Positions 12,844 through 29,262 of a stretch of 64,000 nt of DNA are shown one piece after another. The notes under the pieces were generated by a model, which saw nothing but the letters and a program-made list of their open reading frames with translations, did not search any database and was not told the DNA's origin. A program made the position numbers and the translations under genes. Within the stretch, counting starts at the first letter, position 1. Every line of letters begins with the position of its first letter. The stretch is from Eledone cirrhosa (lineage: Eukaryota): contig OZ024742.1 of assembly GCA_964016885.1 (NCBI GenBank), positions 92,008,001-92,072,000 on the forward strand. Reading direction: 5' to 3'.

Positions 12844-13685
12844 TGGCAAGGACCATGATTTACCATACGGTTTTCATTCGGCCAATAAAGCATATACACA
12901 TTGATTGTAGTTCACTTGGTTATTGTTAATTAATTATTGGTTGGTTTGTCAGTCTTCTGTCACACAAATGTGGCCTTTACAATGTAATACTCTTTCTGCA
13001 GAGAGTAGAGGGGCATATTATATGACCTTGACAAAACAATCAATAATTAAATAATTAATGGATTAATTAATTAATATTGAAAATGTAACCTACAACCAGC
13101 GTGTATTATTGTTGTCTTTTCGGCGGCGCGGGTGTTGTATGAATATATATATATAAACATACACTCACACACAAACATCTGTCCACTTTCACTCCAAATG
13201 TCACTACAAAAGACAGCAGGTGATTTTCTGTAGGGTGGTTTATCACTTAAATCTGTTATAATCTTTTGATTAACTAATTAGAAACAAATCTTTATATTAC
13301 TTACTTATTTAATTTAATTTCTTTTGCTTAGATTGATATTCCTTAACACTTTCATTGTCATATATGCAATGAAAAGCACTTTGCTATTTTCAAATACTTT
13401 TGAAAATAATTAAGAATTTAGTGTAACGATATAAAGTTGGTGTCTGGATCAATACAAAATTTATTTCATAAAATTAGATAAATAGAAACACTTTAAAACA
13501 ACGCAATTTTGTATCGTAGAAGCAGAATCACTTTCAAATGGTTTGGTATGTAAAGGGTTGTCACTAATATGTCACTAGCATTGTATAATGGAATCATAAA
13601 GGTTTGGGATTCGTGTAATATATGATGTATATAGAACAATTTCCCTCATTCATATCATAGCGCAATGTGCTTATGCACGCGCACA

Positions 13686-13834
<149 letters not shown>

Positions 13835-14160
13835 CTATATATACACCATAATCACTTACTAGTATTGTTTATTGAAATGTACGAAGAATGTAAGATTCTC
13901 TTCATTCATTCTCTCAATCTTCATCCATACATTCTTTTTTTTTTCTCATTCATTCATACTATAGAAGAATGTATAATATGTATATACATATATATATATA
14001 CACATATATACACAAATGATGGACTCCTGGCTCATTGTCAAATTGCTACGGTATCATCAGTGCTGTTTCACATGCTGCTGATGTTGGTAGCTTTAGGCTT
14101 TCCTGATATATAAGATTCTTTAAAAATTCTCTCACTTGATCTACGTGAGTTTTAATACAT

Positions 14161-14355
14161 ATACTATACTAAAACACACACACACACACACTAAAACACA
14201 CACACACATACTATACTAAAACACACACACACACACATACTATACTAAAACACACACACTATACTAAAACAAACACACACACACATACATATACTATACT
14301 AAAACACACACACACACACATATATTATACTAAAACACACACACACACACTATAC
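14161..14355 (+). repeat. Compound tandem repeat tactatactaaaa(CA)n
   Basis: About seven units with variable CA length. Confidence 0.85.
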
Positions 14356-14597
14356 CTACCTACATACATTCATACATACATACATACATACATACATACA
14401 CACATCGAATCAAACATGCATCCATCGAAGCATGCATCTATCTTTTCATGGTCGCTGACAAATGAATGAAACCGGTAAAAGAATACGTAATGAGTGCGGA
14501 CGTGCGCATGAATGTATATATGAGAGTACATGAGAGAGATAAAAGTGTAAGGAAGGATGGGTTTAGTTACCCCCCCCCCCCTCTCTCTCTCTCTCTC

Positions 14598-14787
14598 TAA
14601 CGAAGGAGATGTGGTAAGGAACCAGATGGACCATAACGCACCAAAGTACTCAATACTTAGGGTAGTAGAGTGGGTAATAGGAACAAGTATGACCCCGAGG
14701 GCTGAGCTCAAGCCGTTTCGACGGCTAATTCTGGATAATAACTGGAGTCCAGAATTGAGCTCAGCCGTCGGGGTCCTACTTGTTCCT
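14598..14787 (-). repeat. Inverted relative of the 10765-10962 foldback element
   Basis: aacgaaggagatgtggtaaggaaccagatggaccataacgcacc... is the reverse complement of 10821-10962. It has its own hairpin centre near 14740. Confidence 0.9.
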
Positions 14788-15404
14788 GTGTATATATTTA
14801 TGTGTACACGCTCCCGCATCTTTTCCACCCACTAGTTTCCACCCGTAAAGCTTGGAATCATGTGGTTGCATGACAAGTTTGTCAACCACGTTCTCTTATG
14901 TCATGCCTATTATTCATAATATATACGTAATATATACATGTATGTTATGTATGAGTGTGTATATGTACTCAGTTGGACGTAGGTTTTCATGTATGTGTGC
15001 GTATATGTATTTAGTTGTTAGTGGGTAGGCGTAAGTGATGAATCTCATTTAACATAACGTCAACATCCTCTTGCAGTCATGGTGTCATGAATAGAAGAGT
15101 AGATGGATATGGGAAGGTGCTGGTAGGAAGGTTTTGTCGGGGGATTCGACGACCTTTAAATAATAGGCGCGTTTTTTTAAACATGTTATGGAAGCTAAGT
15201 AGGTAGGTCATTACATCATCATTGTTGTAAGATGCTCGTCATCATATGCTAGGTACGAAATGCAAATTTATTTGCTAGATAAGCCAGTATTAGCCTACAT
15301 TGTCTAACGCTCGCATCTCTATTGTTATATTATTATACACAAGCAGATGTTTCTTTCACTATCAATCTATGTACACCCCCCCCCCATGTATACATAGACA
15401 CACA

Positions 15405-15408
15405 TATG

Positions 15409-15445
<37 letters not shown>

Positions 15446-15520
15446 ATATATGTGTGTGTATGTGTATATATATGTGTATGTGTATATATGTGTGTGTGTA
15501 TATGTATATATATGTATGTG

Positions 15521-15567
<47 letters not shown>

Positions 15568-17028
15568 ATGTATATATGTGTGCATGTGTATATATATATA
15601 TGTATATATATATATGTGTGTATATATATATATATATGTGTATATATATATATATATGTGTGTATATATATATATATGTGTGTATATGTATATATATATG
15701 TGTATATATATATGTGTGTGTATATGTATATATGTGTGTGTGTATATGTATATATGTGTGTGTGTATATGTATATATGTGTGTGTGTATATGTATATATA
15801 TGTGTGTATATGTATATATATGTGTGTATATGTATATATATGTGTGTATATGTATATATATATGTGTGTATATGTATATATATATGTGTGTATATGTATA
15901 TATATGTGTGTATATGTATATATATGTGTGTATATGTATATATATATATGTGTATATGTATATATATATATGTGTATATGTATATATATATGTGTGTATA
16001 TGTATATATATATGTGTGTATATGTATATATATGTGTGTATATGTATATATATGTGTGTGTATATGTATATATATGTGTGTGTATATGTATATATATGTG
16101 TGTGTATATGTATATATATGTGTGTGTATATGTATATATATGTGTGTGTATATGTATATATATGTGTGTGTATATGTATATATATATGTGTGTATATGTA
16201 TATATATATGTGTGTATATGTATATATATGTGTGTATATGTATATATATGTGTGTGTATATGTATATATATGTGTGTGTATATGTATATATATGTGTGTG
16301 TATATGTATATATATGTGTGTGTATATGTATATATATGTGTGTGTATATGTATATATATGTGTGTGTATATGTATATATATGTGTATGTGTGTGTATATG
16401 TGTATATATGTGTGTGTATATATATATATGTGTGTATATATGTATGTATATATATATATATGTGTGTATATATGTATGTATATATATATATATGTGTGTA
16501 TATATGTATGTATATATATATATATGTGTGTATATATGTATGTATATATATATGTGTGTATATATGTATGTATATATATATATATGTGTGTATATATGTA
16601 TGTATATATGTATATATGTATGTATATATATATATATGTGTGTATATATGTATGTATATATGTATATGTATGTATATATATATATATGTGTGTATATATG
16701 TATGTATATATATACATATATATGTATGTATATATATATATATATGTGTGTATATATGTATGTATATATATACATATATATGTATGTATATATATATATA
16801 TATGTGTATATATGTATATATATACATATATATGTATATATATATATATATATGTGTGTATATATGTGTGTATATATGTATGTATATATATACATATATA
16901 TGTATATATATACATATATATACATATATATGTATATATATACATATATATGTGTATATATATATGTATATATATATATATGTGTGTGCATATATGTGTA
17001 TATATATATGTATGTATGTATGTATATA

Positions 17029-17064
<36 letters not shown>

Positions 17065-17077
17065 TATATATATATAT

Positions 17078-17078
<1 letters not shown>
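15405..17078. repeat. 1.7-kb compound (TA/TG)n microsatellite array
   Basis: Nearly pure alternating purine-pyrimidine sequence. Produces the 486-598 aa artefact ORFs. Confidence 0.97.
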
Positions 17079-17545
<467 letters not shown>

Positions 17546-17549
17546 CATT

Positions 17550-17589
<40 letters not shown>

Positions 17590-17847
17590 CTTCTAACTAT
17601 ATTCTTTCTACCTCTTCCTTACCTTTTCCTTCCCCCCTTCCTTTCCTTTTTCTCAATCTCGTATATCCGTCTTATTTTATTTTTCATATGTTGATTTAAC
17701 ACTTCACTTCTCGCAAGTGTTTTTTAAGCTTCATATCATGTCTCCCTATTTTATCTGATGAGAAGGCAAATATCATCCCATGATGATATTTGTTTTTGAA
17801 ATGCGCATAATAAAATACATGGAACTCTTTTAACCATCTTTTGTTCT

Positions 17848-17880
<33 letters not shown>

Positions 17881-18332
17881 ATATGTATGTATGTATGTAT
17901 CCTACCACAAACACACACTCCTTGTCATAATCATAGTAAAGTACTGAAACCATACAATGACGTTACTAATGTCAAGTACATTCTCTCCATCTCTCTCCCT
18001 CAGTCTCTCTTTCTATCCACTTAGTCGTTGATTCGTTAATAGTATACCTCAGCGTCCTTGTATTTTTACCGGGTTGTTTGTTTGTTTCACGAATTGACGT
18101 TCTGTTTTCCTGTCTTTACTTCCCCTTCGATCTCTGCTTCTTCTCTCTCCCCCCCCCCCTCTCACATATATATATATATATATATACACACACATACAAA
18201 TGTATCTACACACACACACACGTACGTATATATATATACACACACACATACAAACACACACACACATATATATGTGACATAATGTGTTTTCCTGTGTCAT
18301 CATCTAGCTGTATCTATCTTTATTTTCTCTTC

Positions 18333-18392
<60 letters not shown>

Positions 18393-18548
18393 ATTCGTCG
18401 CTATCTATCTATATACCTATTTATCTCTGTCATTCATTACCATGTCTCCTGTTCTGTTTAGCTATAGCTAGCCAATCATTTATCAATAATATAATAGTAT
18501 ATCCATCTCTTCATTATTTCTCAATATATCACTAGATCTATAGAGAAT

Positions 18549-18584
<36 letters not shown>

Positions 18585-18613
18585 CTCTTCTTTCTCTCTC
18601 CTCTCTTTCTCTC

Positions 18614-18720
<107 letters not shown>

Positions 18721-19170
18721 AGAGAGAGAGTATGTATTTAAATTACTGTTGTATATTTAACTGAATGAGTTCTGATACTGGTAGGTAGAATGCAGAAATG
18801 TATTTACTAAATAGAATAGTGGCAGTGACTTCGAAGGTTCAGCTTAGTTTCTTCACACACACACACACATGTTTGTATGTATATATATATATAATCATCC
18901 TTGTTCATATGTCATATGATCAATATATTACTATAACTCTGTGACAAACCCTGGGTAAGACCTGTGGAATATCTTGTGACTGAATGATATGGGTGTGTAG
19001 GTTCTATCAGTGAAGTAGCCATACACCCTCATTTTTCTGACACAGTGGTGGGTGCTTGTATATCGATGTATGTGTGTATGTCTCACATGACATGCAGGCG
19101 GAATTGATCATCCCTAGTGTGTGATGAAGAGGACATGTATGTATGTATGTATATATATATATATATATAC

Positions 19171-19201
<31 letters not shown>

Positions 19202-20634
19202 ATCTCACCATTCTGTTTCAATTGTGTCATTATCTCTTCCCTTCTGTTCTAATTCTACTACAATGTCATCTGTGAATGTGGTTAGTCTAGTGGTTAGGAA
19301 GTTGGAATCACTATCATAAAGGTCATATGTTCGAATTTTTGACCGGATTCCACGTTCTTCTTCAGGAAGATCGTTGCTTCATTTCCCGTTGCTTTTGGTG
19401 GTAGCACTGGGGATCAAGAATCCCCACAAACCTCTTATGAGTTGCAACTTCGTTGGAGATCAGCTAATCCTACATGGGTGTGAACAGTAAATTACACCCC
19501 GTTTAATTTCACTCTCGTCTTTAACCTTTAATGCTTTTCTCTAATGACAGACTATGGGGTAGAACTTTCCCACCTAAAAGCACTCAATATATCATTTACT
19601 AACTTCAGCCTGGACTCATTTACATTCTAGTACATATCCACATTCAATGCCTCAATTAAAATCCAATCCTTCCTTGCCACATTTTCTTTTTATGTTGATC
19701 TCGAATATTCAACGAACTCTCTAAGAATTCCACTTATTAACTTCACCCATAAATTTCACCCAGCTACGCTCAGTTACTCCCAGCTACGCCTCCGATCTAG
19801 AGGAGCGCCTCAAAATGCTAAGGGCATTGCGGCGTTTTGACTTAAGTACTTTGTGAATTAAACTCGAGTAAGATAGATAAAGAGATGCAGAAAGACACTG
19901 AGAGAGAAAGATAATGAGACAGAGCATACATGTATGTGGGATATTAACAATATGTAGAAATGTAATGTGGTGTATATACTCAACATTGCCGATATAGCCC
20001 CTTCTTTATTATATTTCCAATCAAAAATACTGTCTATGGGTTTCAAATGATTTTGAAAATAAGACTTTCACATTATTACGCTAGTGTTTGGAACATAACT
20101 TAAAACAGGGTGTTACATAAAATTTTGATGTAAGGTTTTTAGATAAATACAAACGGTTGTGTAAAGGCAGTGTGATATCAAAAGGGTTAAGTGAAATGCA
20201 GTTGGTTTGAACTAGAACTTGAAACGACTTTGCGGATTTCTGTTGATCCGAGAGATTATTTCAACCCTTAATTGTAAATAAAGCTTGATCGCCGGTGCAT
20301 CCTATGCTTCAAGTGACTAAATAAAGGCTAAGACTGTTCAGTGTTGGTGTATGTTTGAAGGAGAGAAAAACAAATAGCAGACTAACTAGGTTTAATCACT
20401 AAAGGTGTATGTGTGTGTGTGAGTGTATGTTTTGTAGGGGGTGAGATGTATGTGTTAAAAATAACCTGACTCAGTGTTGCTTCTTCCCTTCAAAACTTGT
20501 TCTGATATGGGTACATGGAATGTTGAGTGTAAGGATGTTGGTGGTGGGGTGGTGGAGTATAAGAGAATATTCAGTGTATGTATGTATACTCACTATTCTC
20601 CTATACACAACCACCATTATTGAATTCAACATTC

Positions 20635-20668
<34 letters not shown>

Positions 20669-20714
20669 TTCACACGCACATTCACACGCACACGCACACA
20701 CACACACGCACATG

Positions 20715-20822
<108 letters not shown>

Positions 20823-21684
20823 ATGTTGTTTCTGTAAATAGTTTTAGTACGACTTCATCGGTACAGCTGTAGTTTGACGATGGTGAATTACAGAGTTCTA
20901 ACACATTCATATAGTTATAATACATATCCATACTGCACAAACGAAAGAAAAACACATTCCCAACACGAATTTCCCGTTTATGTAAAAGTATTACATTCAT
21001 AACAGTCACTGGTTCGATTTTCAAAGTTTACATTCATTTTTAGTTCACTCTTTCCGTACGTACTTCGAATCTGTACCGATGATTTATGAATTTTGAAAAT
21101 ATAGACTTCAAGAGCGAAACATAGTTGTTTGGCCTGATGAAAATAGCAGTCATTTCTTCTTGAAATCATACCATAATGGAGCCACTATACATACATTCAT
21201 TCAATTTCCTAGAAATACTAGCCATATCCCTCTCAAGTTACACCATACTGTCTTAAAAGGGTAAATATATATATTGGATTATATAATGTTAGATGGACTT
21301 GTCTTAACAAAAGACAGTAGTGCGATCAATGTTGTAATGTCTTCAATAATACGAAGGTTGACAAAGCTAAACAACAACAACAACAACAACCACAAACAGT
21401 TATTCATCTTTGAATCCTATAAATAGTATTGAAATAGTTTACTACAATATCTTCAGTAGTATATATAGTTCACTACAATATCCCTAGTGTAGTATATTAA
21501 ATAGTTCACCAGCCGGCCTCAGACACACATATGAAAAGGAGTGTAATGTGTATAGATGTCTACATAACTTGGAATCCGTGGAATAAATGAATGGATGAAT
21601 GAAATTCTTTAGTTTATTCAGTTACTCCAGCGGCAACACTCCCAAGATTCTATTTCTTCTACCCCGTATATAAATGTGTGGGCT

Positions 21685-21726
<42 letters not shown>

Positions 21727-21786
21727 GTGTGTGTCTGTCTGTCTGTCTGTCTGTCTGTCTCCTACCCCCCCCTCTCTCTCTCTCTC

Positions 21787-21837
<51 letters not shown>

Positions 21838-21966
21838 GTTATTAAAGGAAATAAACAAAACACCCGTTTACGTGTTTTGCTTACCAACAGCAACCATCAT
21901 TCATAACTACAAGACTACCACCCCCACTACAATTATTGCTCTGCTGCTGCTACTACTACTAATAAT

Positions 21967-22083
21967 AATTGTTTCTACTTTTGGCACAAGGCCAGCAATT
22001 ACCCAGTGCATTACTGATACTTTATTTTATCGACCCCGTAAGGATGAAAGGCAAAGTCAACCTCGGCGGGATTTGAACTCAGA
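21967..22083 (-). mobile_element. 5'-truncated S1 SINE in an (AAT)n tract
   Basis: Same extent as 12727-12843, with (AAT)n on both sides. Confidence 0.8.
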
Positions 22084-23256
22084 TAATAATAATAATGTCG
22101 AAATATTGGTTTATGCTGTAATGTAAGAACTTCTTGATACTAGTATTACAATGCTATCTGATAACGAACAGACATTGGTATATGTGTGTCTGTAGTGTGT
22201 CTGTGTGCGTGCATCAATGCTGTATAAATGAACTTGTCTAGAAAGACAAGGTATCACCCACTCATTTAGATGTGTATCTATATGTATGTCTCACAATACC
22301 AATACATTTAAACCATTTCTTTTCCAAACCAGCAACAGCAGCAGCACCGTACCGAATGTGGCACAATATATGTTAATAATCTATAGCTTATAAAATAAAA
22401 CAAAATTTCGTATTTCTTTCTTTAATGAAGACAACAAAAGCTTATTTACCCACTAAACATATTAGATACAATATTTCACTAGTAAATCCTTGTTTTGGAG
22501 AGTAATTTTTAAGTAATGATGAAGACAACAATTCTATGGTTCCATGAGAGTATCTTGGTCAGCCTCGTACATAGAAGGTTCCATGGCCTATTGAGTCTAT
22601 CTATTGAGTTAGAATAGGTGTTAGTCCTATTTGGTGCTGCGTGTATGTTCAAACACACTGAACAAATGTTTACACAATCTCTTTGTTTTCTGTCTTATTT
22701 AAGACAGCTCATCAGAAACTGCAAACGCGCCTGTCATCTGTCTACAGAAATTTCATATAGTCACTACTATTAAGGATTTTATTAAACCGGAAAATCCTAT
22801 TTATATAAGAATTGCTTCGCTAGCAGCGTAATGAATATGTACATTTGTTTACATTTATCTAACGTATTCAATTTCACAGGTATCATCAATTAGAACATGC
22901 CCCAGTATGGCCACAACACATGCGCTGGAAGAGGTAAAAGAATAAAGCGATATATAATATAATTTGCTTGCGTGGGAGGGATCGTGTATGCGATAAGTCG
23001 TGATTGTCGGAGTATCTATACAAGTTCACATTTGCTCGATTTATTCCCCTGGGTGAAACATAGAAGTTACAAGACCGCCACCCACATAACACTAATCGTT
23101 ATCCAAATAAATAGCTAGCTATTGATGCTGACTACACGTACATACAATTACACACACAAACACACGCACTGTGCGCGCGATAAACAAAATAGTATAAGAA
23201 AATAACGTTATTTCTCACTTCTTTATAACGACTTTCATGATTTGTCACACATGATT

Positions 23257-23327
<71 letters not shown>

Positions 23328-24423
23328 ACAGACACACAGACACACACACATAGACACACAATACACACACAATACATACACAATACATACACACATACAC
23401 ACATACACATATATATACACACACAATACACACACACATACACACATACATACACACACACACATATATATATATATATGTGTGTGTGTGTGTATGCTGA
23501 TTTCTTTTGAATGAAACAATTCTAGTCCTGCAGAAACCATTTATATATATATACATATATATATATATGTATGTATGTGTGGTTATGTATGACGTGAGGC
23601 AGATGCATACATGTATTAAAAACCCATAATCTACAAAGTATCTCGTATTACTACTATTACTACCACTATCACCTAATTCAAATCCATTGACAAAAAACCT
23701 TAAAGGAAGCTATCATACTACCACACTCCACAGCCGACAGTGAATGAAATTACCCTTACTGAAATGTATATATTTCATGAAGGGTGGGCCCATCTTACAC
23801 TTCAATTCAATTCAGTTTGTCCTATTTCTTATCGCAATAATTTTATTTTCCACTTCAAGCGTACTGAGCGGGTAGTTGTGGTGGTGATGATGTTGATAAT
23901 GGTATGGGTAGAGATGATGATGATGATATGGGTGGATAAAATGATGGTGATATAGATATGGCTAGAGATGATATTGATGATAGGGATGACAAGGATATTG
24001 CTGGTTGATATGATTGTAGCCGAGAATCTTCATGATTGAAATTGAAAAATCTTGCTGAAGTGAACATCGCTGTTGAAGGATACTGGGAAAGGGAGCCGTT
24101 AGGATATGGGTCTGTTGATCTGCTAGAAATAATACCTAAATGTCTCTTTCCATTTCCACTCTAGACGAAGCATAATGTATGGGATTTCGAGTTATGTACA
24201 TTTGTTGTCATGTATAATGCTTTAAGAAAATTAAAACAAAATTTCGCCGGAGATAGATTAGCAAAATTGTATAAGCGGGGGAGGGGGCATTATTCGAAAC
24301 CAGAGACACCAATAATACAATTAAAGATTATTGATAATAGGTTTTTAAAAATGATAATTATTAAATGACATTTGGTAGCCATTGCACATGTCACAGCGAT
24401 GCACTTATCGATACAGCTACCGT

Positions 24424-24463
<40 letters not shown>

Positions 24464-25808
24464 TGTCTAATGACCATGTGATAAGCAGGTCAAACTTCAG
24501 AGTTTAGGGATTCCCTAGATACCAGTGAGATTTACGCCGTTAACCTTTTGATATAACAGTTGTAAGGCGATGGCTGCAGGAAACAGAGAATAAAAAGGAG
24601 AGGAATGTTTGGGATTAGTGGGTAGGAGGACGTCTAAGGTGAGTATGGAATGAACTCCGTGCGAAAAGAGAAGAGGTGAGAACACGAATGAGCAGGAAAG
24701 CACAAACCCACCCAGCTGTGAAAACGACGTGAAGATTCTAGATGGTGTGTGTTCAAATTTGGGGCGGATAGGGTCGAGATGTGATAATGTTTACTAACTT
24801 GCATTTTCATTGAGGGCGACAAAGGTTTTCATTTTGAGGGATTTATTGAATTAAATAAGTACCACCATGCGCTGGGTCCTCTACCAACTACTAATGTCTG
24901 TACCAAGACTGGTTGCCTTTTATGTTACAAATCGTGAATATCATCTTTGATTTTGTCTTATTATCTTCACCGACTTTATGATTCCTTCTGGCCTTATATT
25001 CCTGTCCTAACCTAACCTTCTGTCTTCTGTATTCTTCCACTGACAATTTCTATCCTCTATCGTCTTCCTTTGCCAACTTCTATCTTCTGTCTTCCTCCAT
25101 TTGATGTTACTGATTATTATATAAGAGCTATATACTTTACAAACAGTTTGTTTCGTTTGTTCTTCACCTTGTCTTTTCTACAGGTCTTCCTTTGTTGAGC
25201 AGCCCTTGTGGTAGATGTATTTGAGTTATGTATATATTTGTATGACTGTAGTGTATGTGTAAATGTGTATTAAATATACATTTACACACACTCATGTTTC
25301 TGAGATTGTGTTTGTCATGACGAAGTCTGATGTTATTTTGTGTGTATATAGATATATGTATGCCTTTAACATATGTATGTATGTGTGTGCGTGTGCATAT
25401 ATGTATATTTGCGTTCATGTTGTATGTATGTGTGCATATATATATACATGTTTGCGTTCATGTTGTATGTGTGTGTGTCCACAAATTTCAGTAATAGATA
25501 AATCGATAGACACAGAGCCGGTATGTGTGTGCGTGTGCTTGAAGTGATGTGTGATGCAACCATAAAACTGTGATCTCATTAATAGCCAAGCAGGCTGTAA
25601 TAGAAAGGGGAAATATGTATCCACAGAGATAAATTTTACAATGAAAATAAATCCCAAATACGAATTGCCTTTTCCAAATCTTCACTCCCCTTTCCCACCT
25701 TCATCTCTATCTCTGTCTACATATCTCTCTAGCTATCACTCCCCCTTCAGGTACATAGATATCTGCCTGTATCTGTCTATATCTTTCTTTCTCTCTTCCC
25801 CATCTCCC

Positions 25809-25839
<31 letters not shown>

Positions 25840-28800
25840 ATATATATATATAAAGTACATAGATACTTGATAACATATAAGATTTACACACACTGTGTAT
25901 AGTGTGTGTGTTTGTGTGTAATAGACAACAGTAAGACAGCTGAGCCAAGTTGATTCAAACTATCGATGTCTCCAAAAGATAGAAACGTATATTTTGGTGT
26001 TATATAAAAGAATCGTATTACAACCATATAATGGCTTCTAATTTAAGCACAGAGCCAGCAATTTTGAGGAGAGAAAAAAGTATTTTATATCAACCACAAT
26101 ACTTGACCTACTAGTTAGGGTGTTGGGCTCACAATCATAGTAAGGTCATGGTTTCGATTCCTAGACCGGATAGCGCGTTGTGTCCTTGAGCAAGACACTT
26201 TATTTTACATAGTCTACACAGTCGAACAAAAAGCTGTTTCGGTCTTTGCCTTTGCTTTGGACAATATAAATAGTGCTGGAATGAAGGACTGGCATGCAGA
26301 GACGACTGTTGATCTCCCAGAAAAAGAAAATAAACGTGACCAGGCTTACGTCTTTGTGAGGAAATTTACAGGTGCAAAACCCATGACCAGGCATAAGTGA
26401 AACGTTTTCATACTTAACTATAAGTAATATAGAGGCATGTAGAATAGTTGAGTTGCCTGTTGACACTGAATTCCTCGTGTAGTTTATGTTCGTTGGTCTC
26501 TTGTAAAGTTTCAACCAACAGGAATGTCAGAAGATTGCTTTGTTAATTGCCAATGCTGACATAGCCATGAACAGGTGGCACCAATTCAAATATTTACTAT
26601 TAACGAATGAAAGTATTCTGACATACATGATAGATGTACTTCTATAGAGAAACCTGTGTGTGTATATATTGATTCAGATTTACCTGCTACGTGTGTGTGT
26701 TTGCGTGTTTGTCCACCTCTTGCTATCAGGGAAATGGTGTGTGCATATCTGTCTATCAATATATCTATATCTATATATACACATACACAGAGAGAGAAGT
26801 GGGGGATATTTCTATAACTAGATAATAGATAGACAGACACATGCAATGTGCGAATAACTAAAATAACTAAAATGTGACCCGCCGTAAAAGTAATTAAGTA
26901 TACTTTCGACGTGGAGGAGTTTGAACGTAACAAGTAGCTAATTAGTCTTGCTGTATAGTAAATAATAATCTCATTAATAAGATGGACTATGATTTTGCAA
27001 TTTGGTTTATTAGTTCTTCTATAATAAACTCCAGCAATACAGGTGACCAGACTGCCGACATAGTAGTCAGTCACGCGACTGCTGAAAAATTCGAATTATA
27101 TATAATCAACAAAATGCACTTTACTGCTGTACTAAGTGCCAACATTCTAAATATGGTGAACGAAAAGAAAAAAATGGAATGTCTTACATACGATAACTTT
27201 AAATATACTTGTATAAATTAGACGTAAACATTGTTTTTAAATGATTAAATTAACTACGCAAAGGTAATGGTTATCTCTCCTTTTTGACACGTCCCAATTG
27301 ATTTGTTTAAACTGTAAAAGGAGTGTGGTAAGGGGGGAAGATACAAATAGGTAGTATGTGTGTGTTTGTGTCCTTTACTGCTATTTGGTCATTAGTAACT
27401 TTTATGTTATCCCGGTAAAACAAAACTGGTTATTTCATTACCAATGTTGACAGACGCGTATTCTCCGGAAAATCTGAAAATTCTAAATATCTTTTTAAAG
27501 GTAGACTACGCAGCACTATAAACATATAGAAATACATGCATATAAATCAGCATGCAGGAGTTTTTAACGAAGAAATAATTTATCCTAATAACAAATGTTT
27601 TGATACTCCAAAACAGAGAAAGCAGGCTTTGCTAACATCAAATTTTGTACATGTTCTAACGTTCCTTTATATTGTATACCAGGTGGGCTTTATATCATTT
27701 TCCTTATATATATATATATATATATATACATACATACATGCATGCATGAATGTTTTCGGCAGACGTTTGAGTGCGTACGACTGTGTCCATGTGCCATTAT
27801 GACAATGTGTATGCATACGAAACTACTCTGATCCCTCATGTGTACTGTAACACACACCAGTAACCCCTCAACATACATACGCCCCTCATACTTACTCGCC
27901 TTTTCTCCCTCCAAAACCTTCACACATACGCCCTTTCCCTGTCCGACTCCTTCACTCACACACACGCGCGCGCGCCTCTTCTCCTCTCCCACTCCACTGT
28001 ACATATGCATCACTCTTCACACGCTGTTTTTCCTGTCCATTCTTTATACGGTCGGTAATAACATCATCAACCCCGTTGACCGAACTCTTTAAACAGTTTT
28101 TTGATAAACAAACTTCTTCAAGCTGTGATGACATTAAGGCATCTTATAAGAATTAAAGATATCTTTTTAAAAAATCGAGTGTTTGTCATAAATAACACTT
28201 GAAGAAAATAATAGCATTGTAACGTGTCACTTTTCTAGTTCCATCTCTCTCTCTCCCTCTCTCTCCCTCTCTTTCTCTCTCTGTCTCCCCTTTCCATTTT
28301 ATTTACTCTTTACTTTTCTTTAGATTATCTGCTTCGTCTCTCTGACTGTATATCGCCATTCATCTCTCCCTCCCTCCCTCTCTCTCTCACTCTTTCTCCC
28401 ACTCTCTCTCTCCCGCACACTTATGCTCTCCTTTTCTCCCTCGTTAATCCCACTCCAGATCATGTCATTCCCACACACAGACATGTGTATATATGTATGT
28501 ATGTATGCGTGTATACAAGTAAGTAAAAAGAAAGCAACACTGATTTGTGAAAGTTAGCTTATTAGCTAGACCGGAGTAGTCTCAGCATGCCCGCGAATCA
28601 GATTGTGTTTATATTGTTACATATGTGTGTAGGTACGTGTGTGTTTTGTATGTATATATATATATATACATGGGTATATGTTGTCTTAGTTCATCATTGA
28701 TCCGAGAAACACAGGTGTTCGATAGATTTCCTTCACACACTTAGATGATTGTAATGGCGTCGGTATTCAGATGGCCGTAAGAAAAATAAATAGCTTTAAG

Positions 28801-29206
28801 TCCAAATTATACACGCCCATGTGTGTGTGTCTGTTTGTGCATAAGTGCGCGCGTGTGTGTGTGTGTGTGCATACGTGTGTGTTGTGTGTAAATGTACTCT
28901 GTGAGAAATGAACCGTAGGTGAATATTCCAGTGGTTTCAGGCTCTCATTTATATTATGTTGTACAACCATATAGACACATGACTTGGAAACAGCAGCTGG
29001 CTCTCGTATACGACCTCTTCCAGTAAATGAATACTGTAATAAGAATAATAATAATAATAATAATAATCTATAGTCTACCTAAGAGTTTTGTGTGTCTGTG
29101 TGACACATGCATACACACGCACACATTTATGCATCCATAAACTATTTTATACATGTGAATGTGAATGTCAGATTATGCAGCTTTATATGATATGTACACC
29201 TTTGCG

Positions 29207-29262
<56 letters not shown>

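Noticed and set aside
24515-24830. Possible CR1/L2-type LINE remnants (also near 19480-19760 and 37200-37420)
   Set aside because: Only compositional hints and a weak shared motif, with no readable protein motif.
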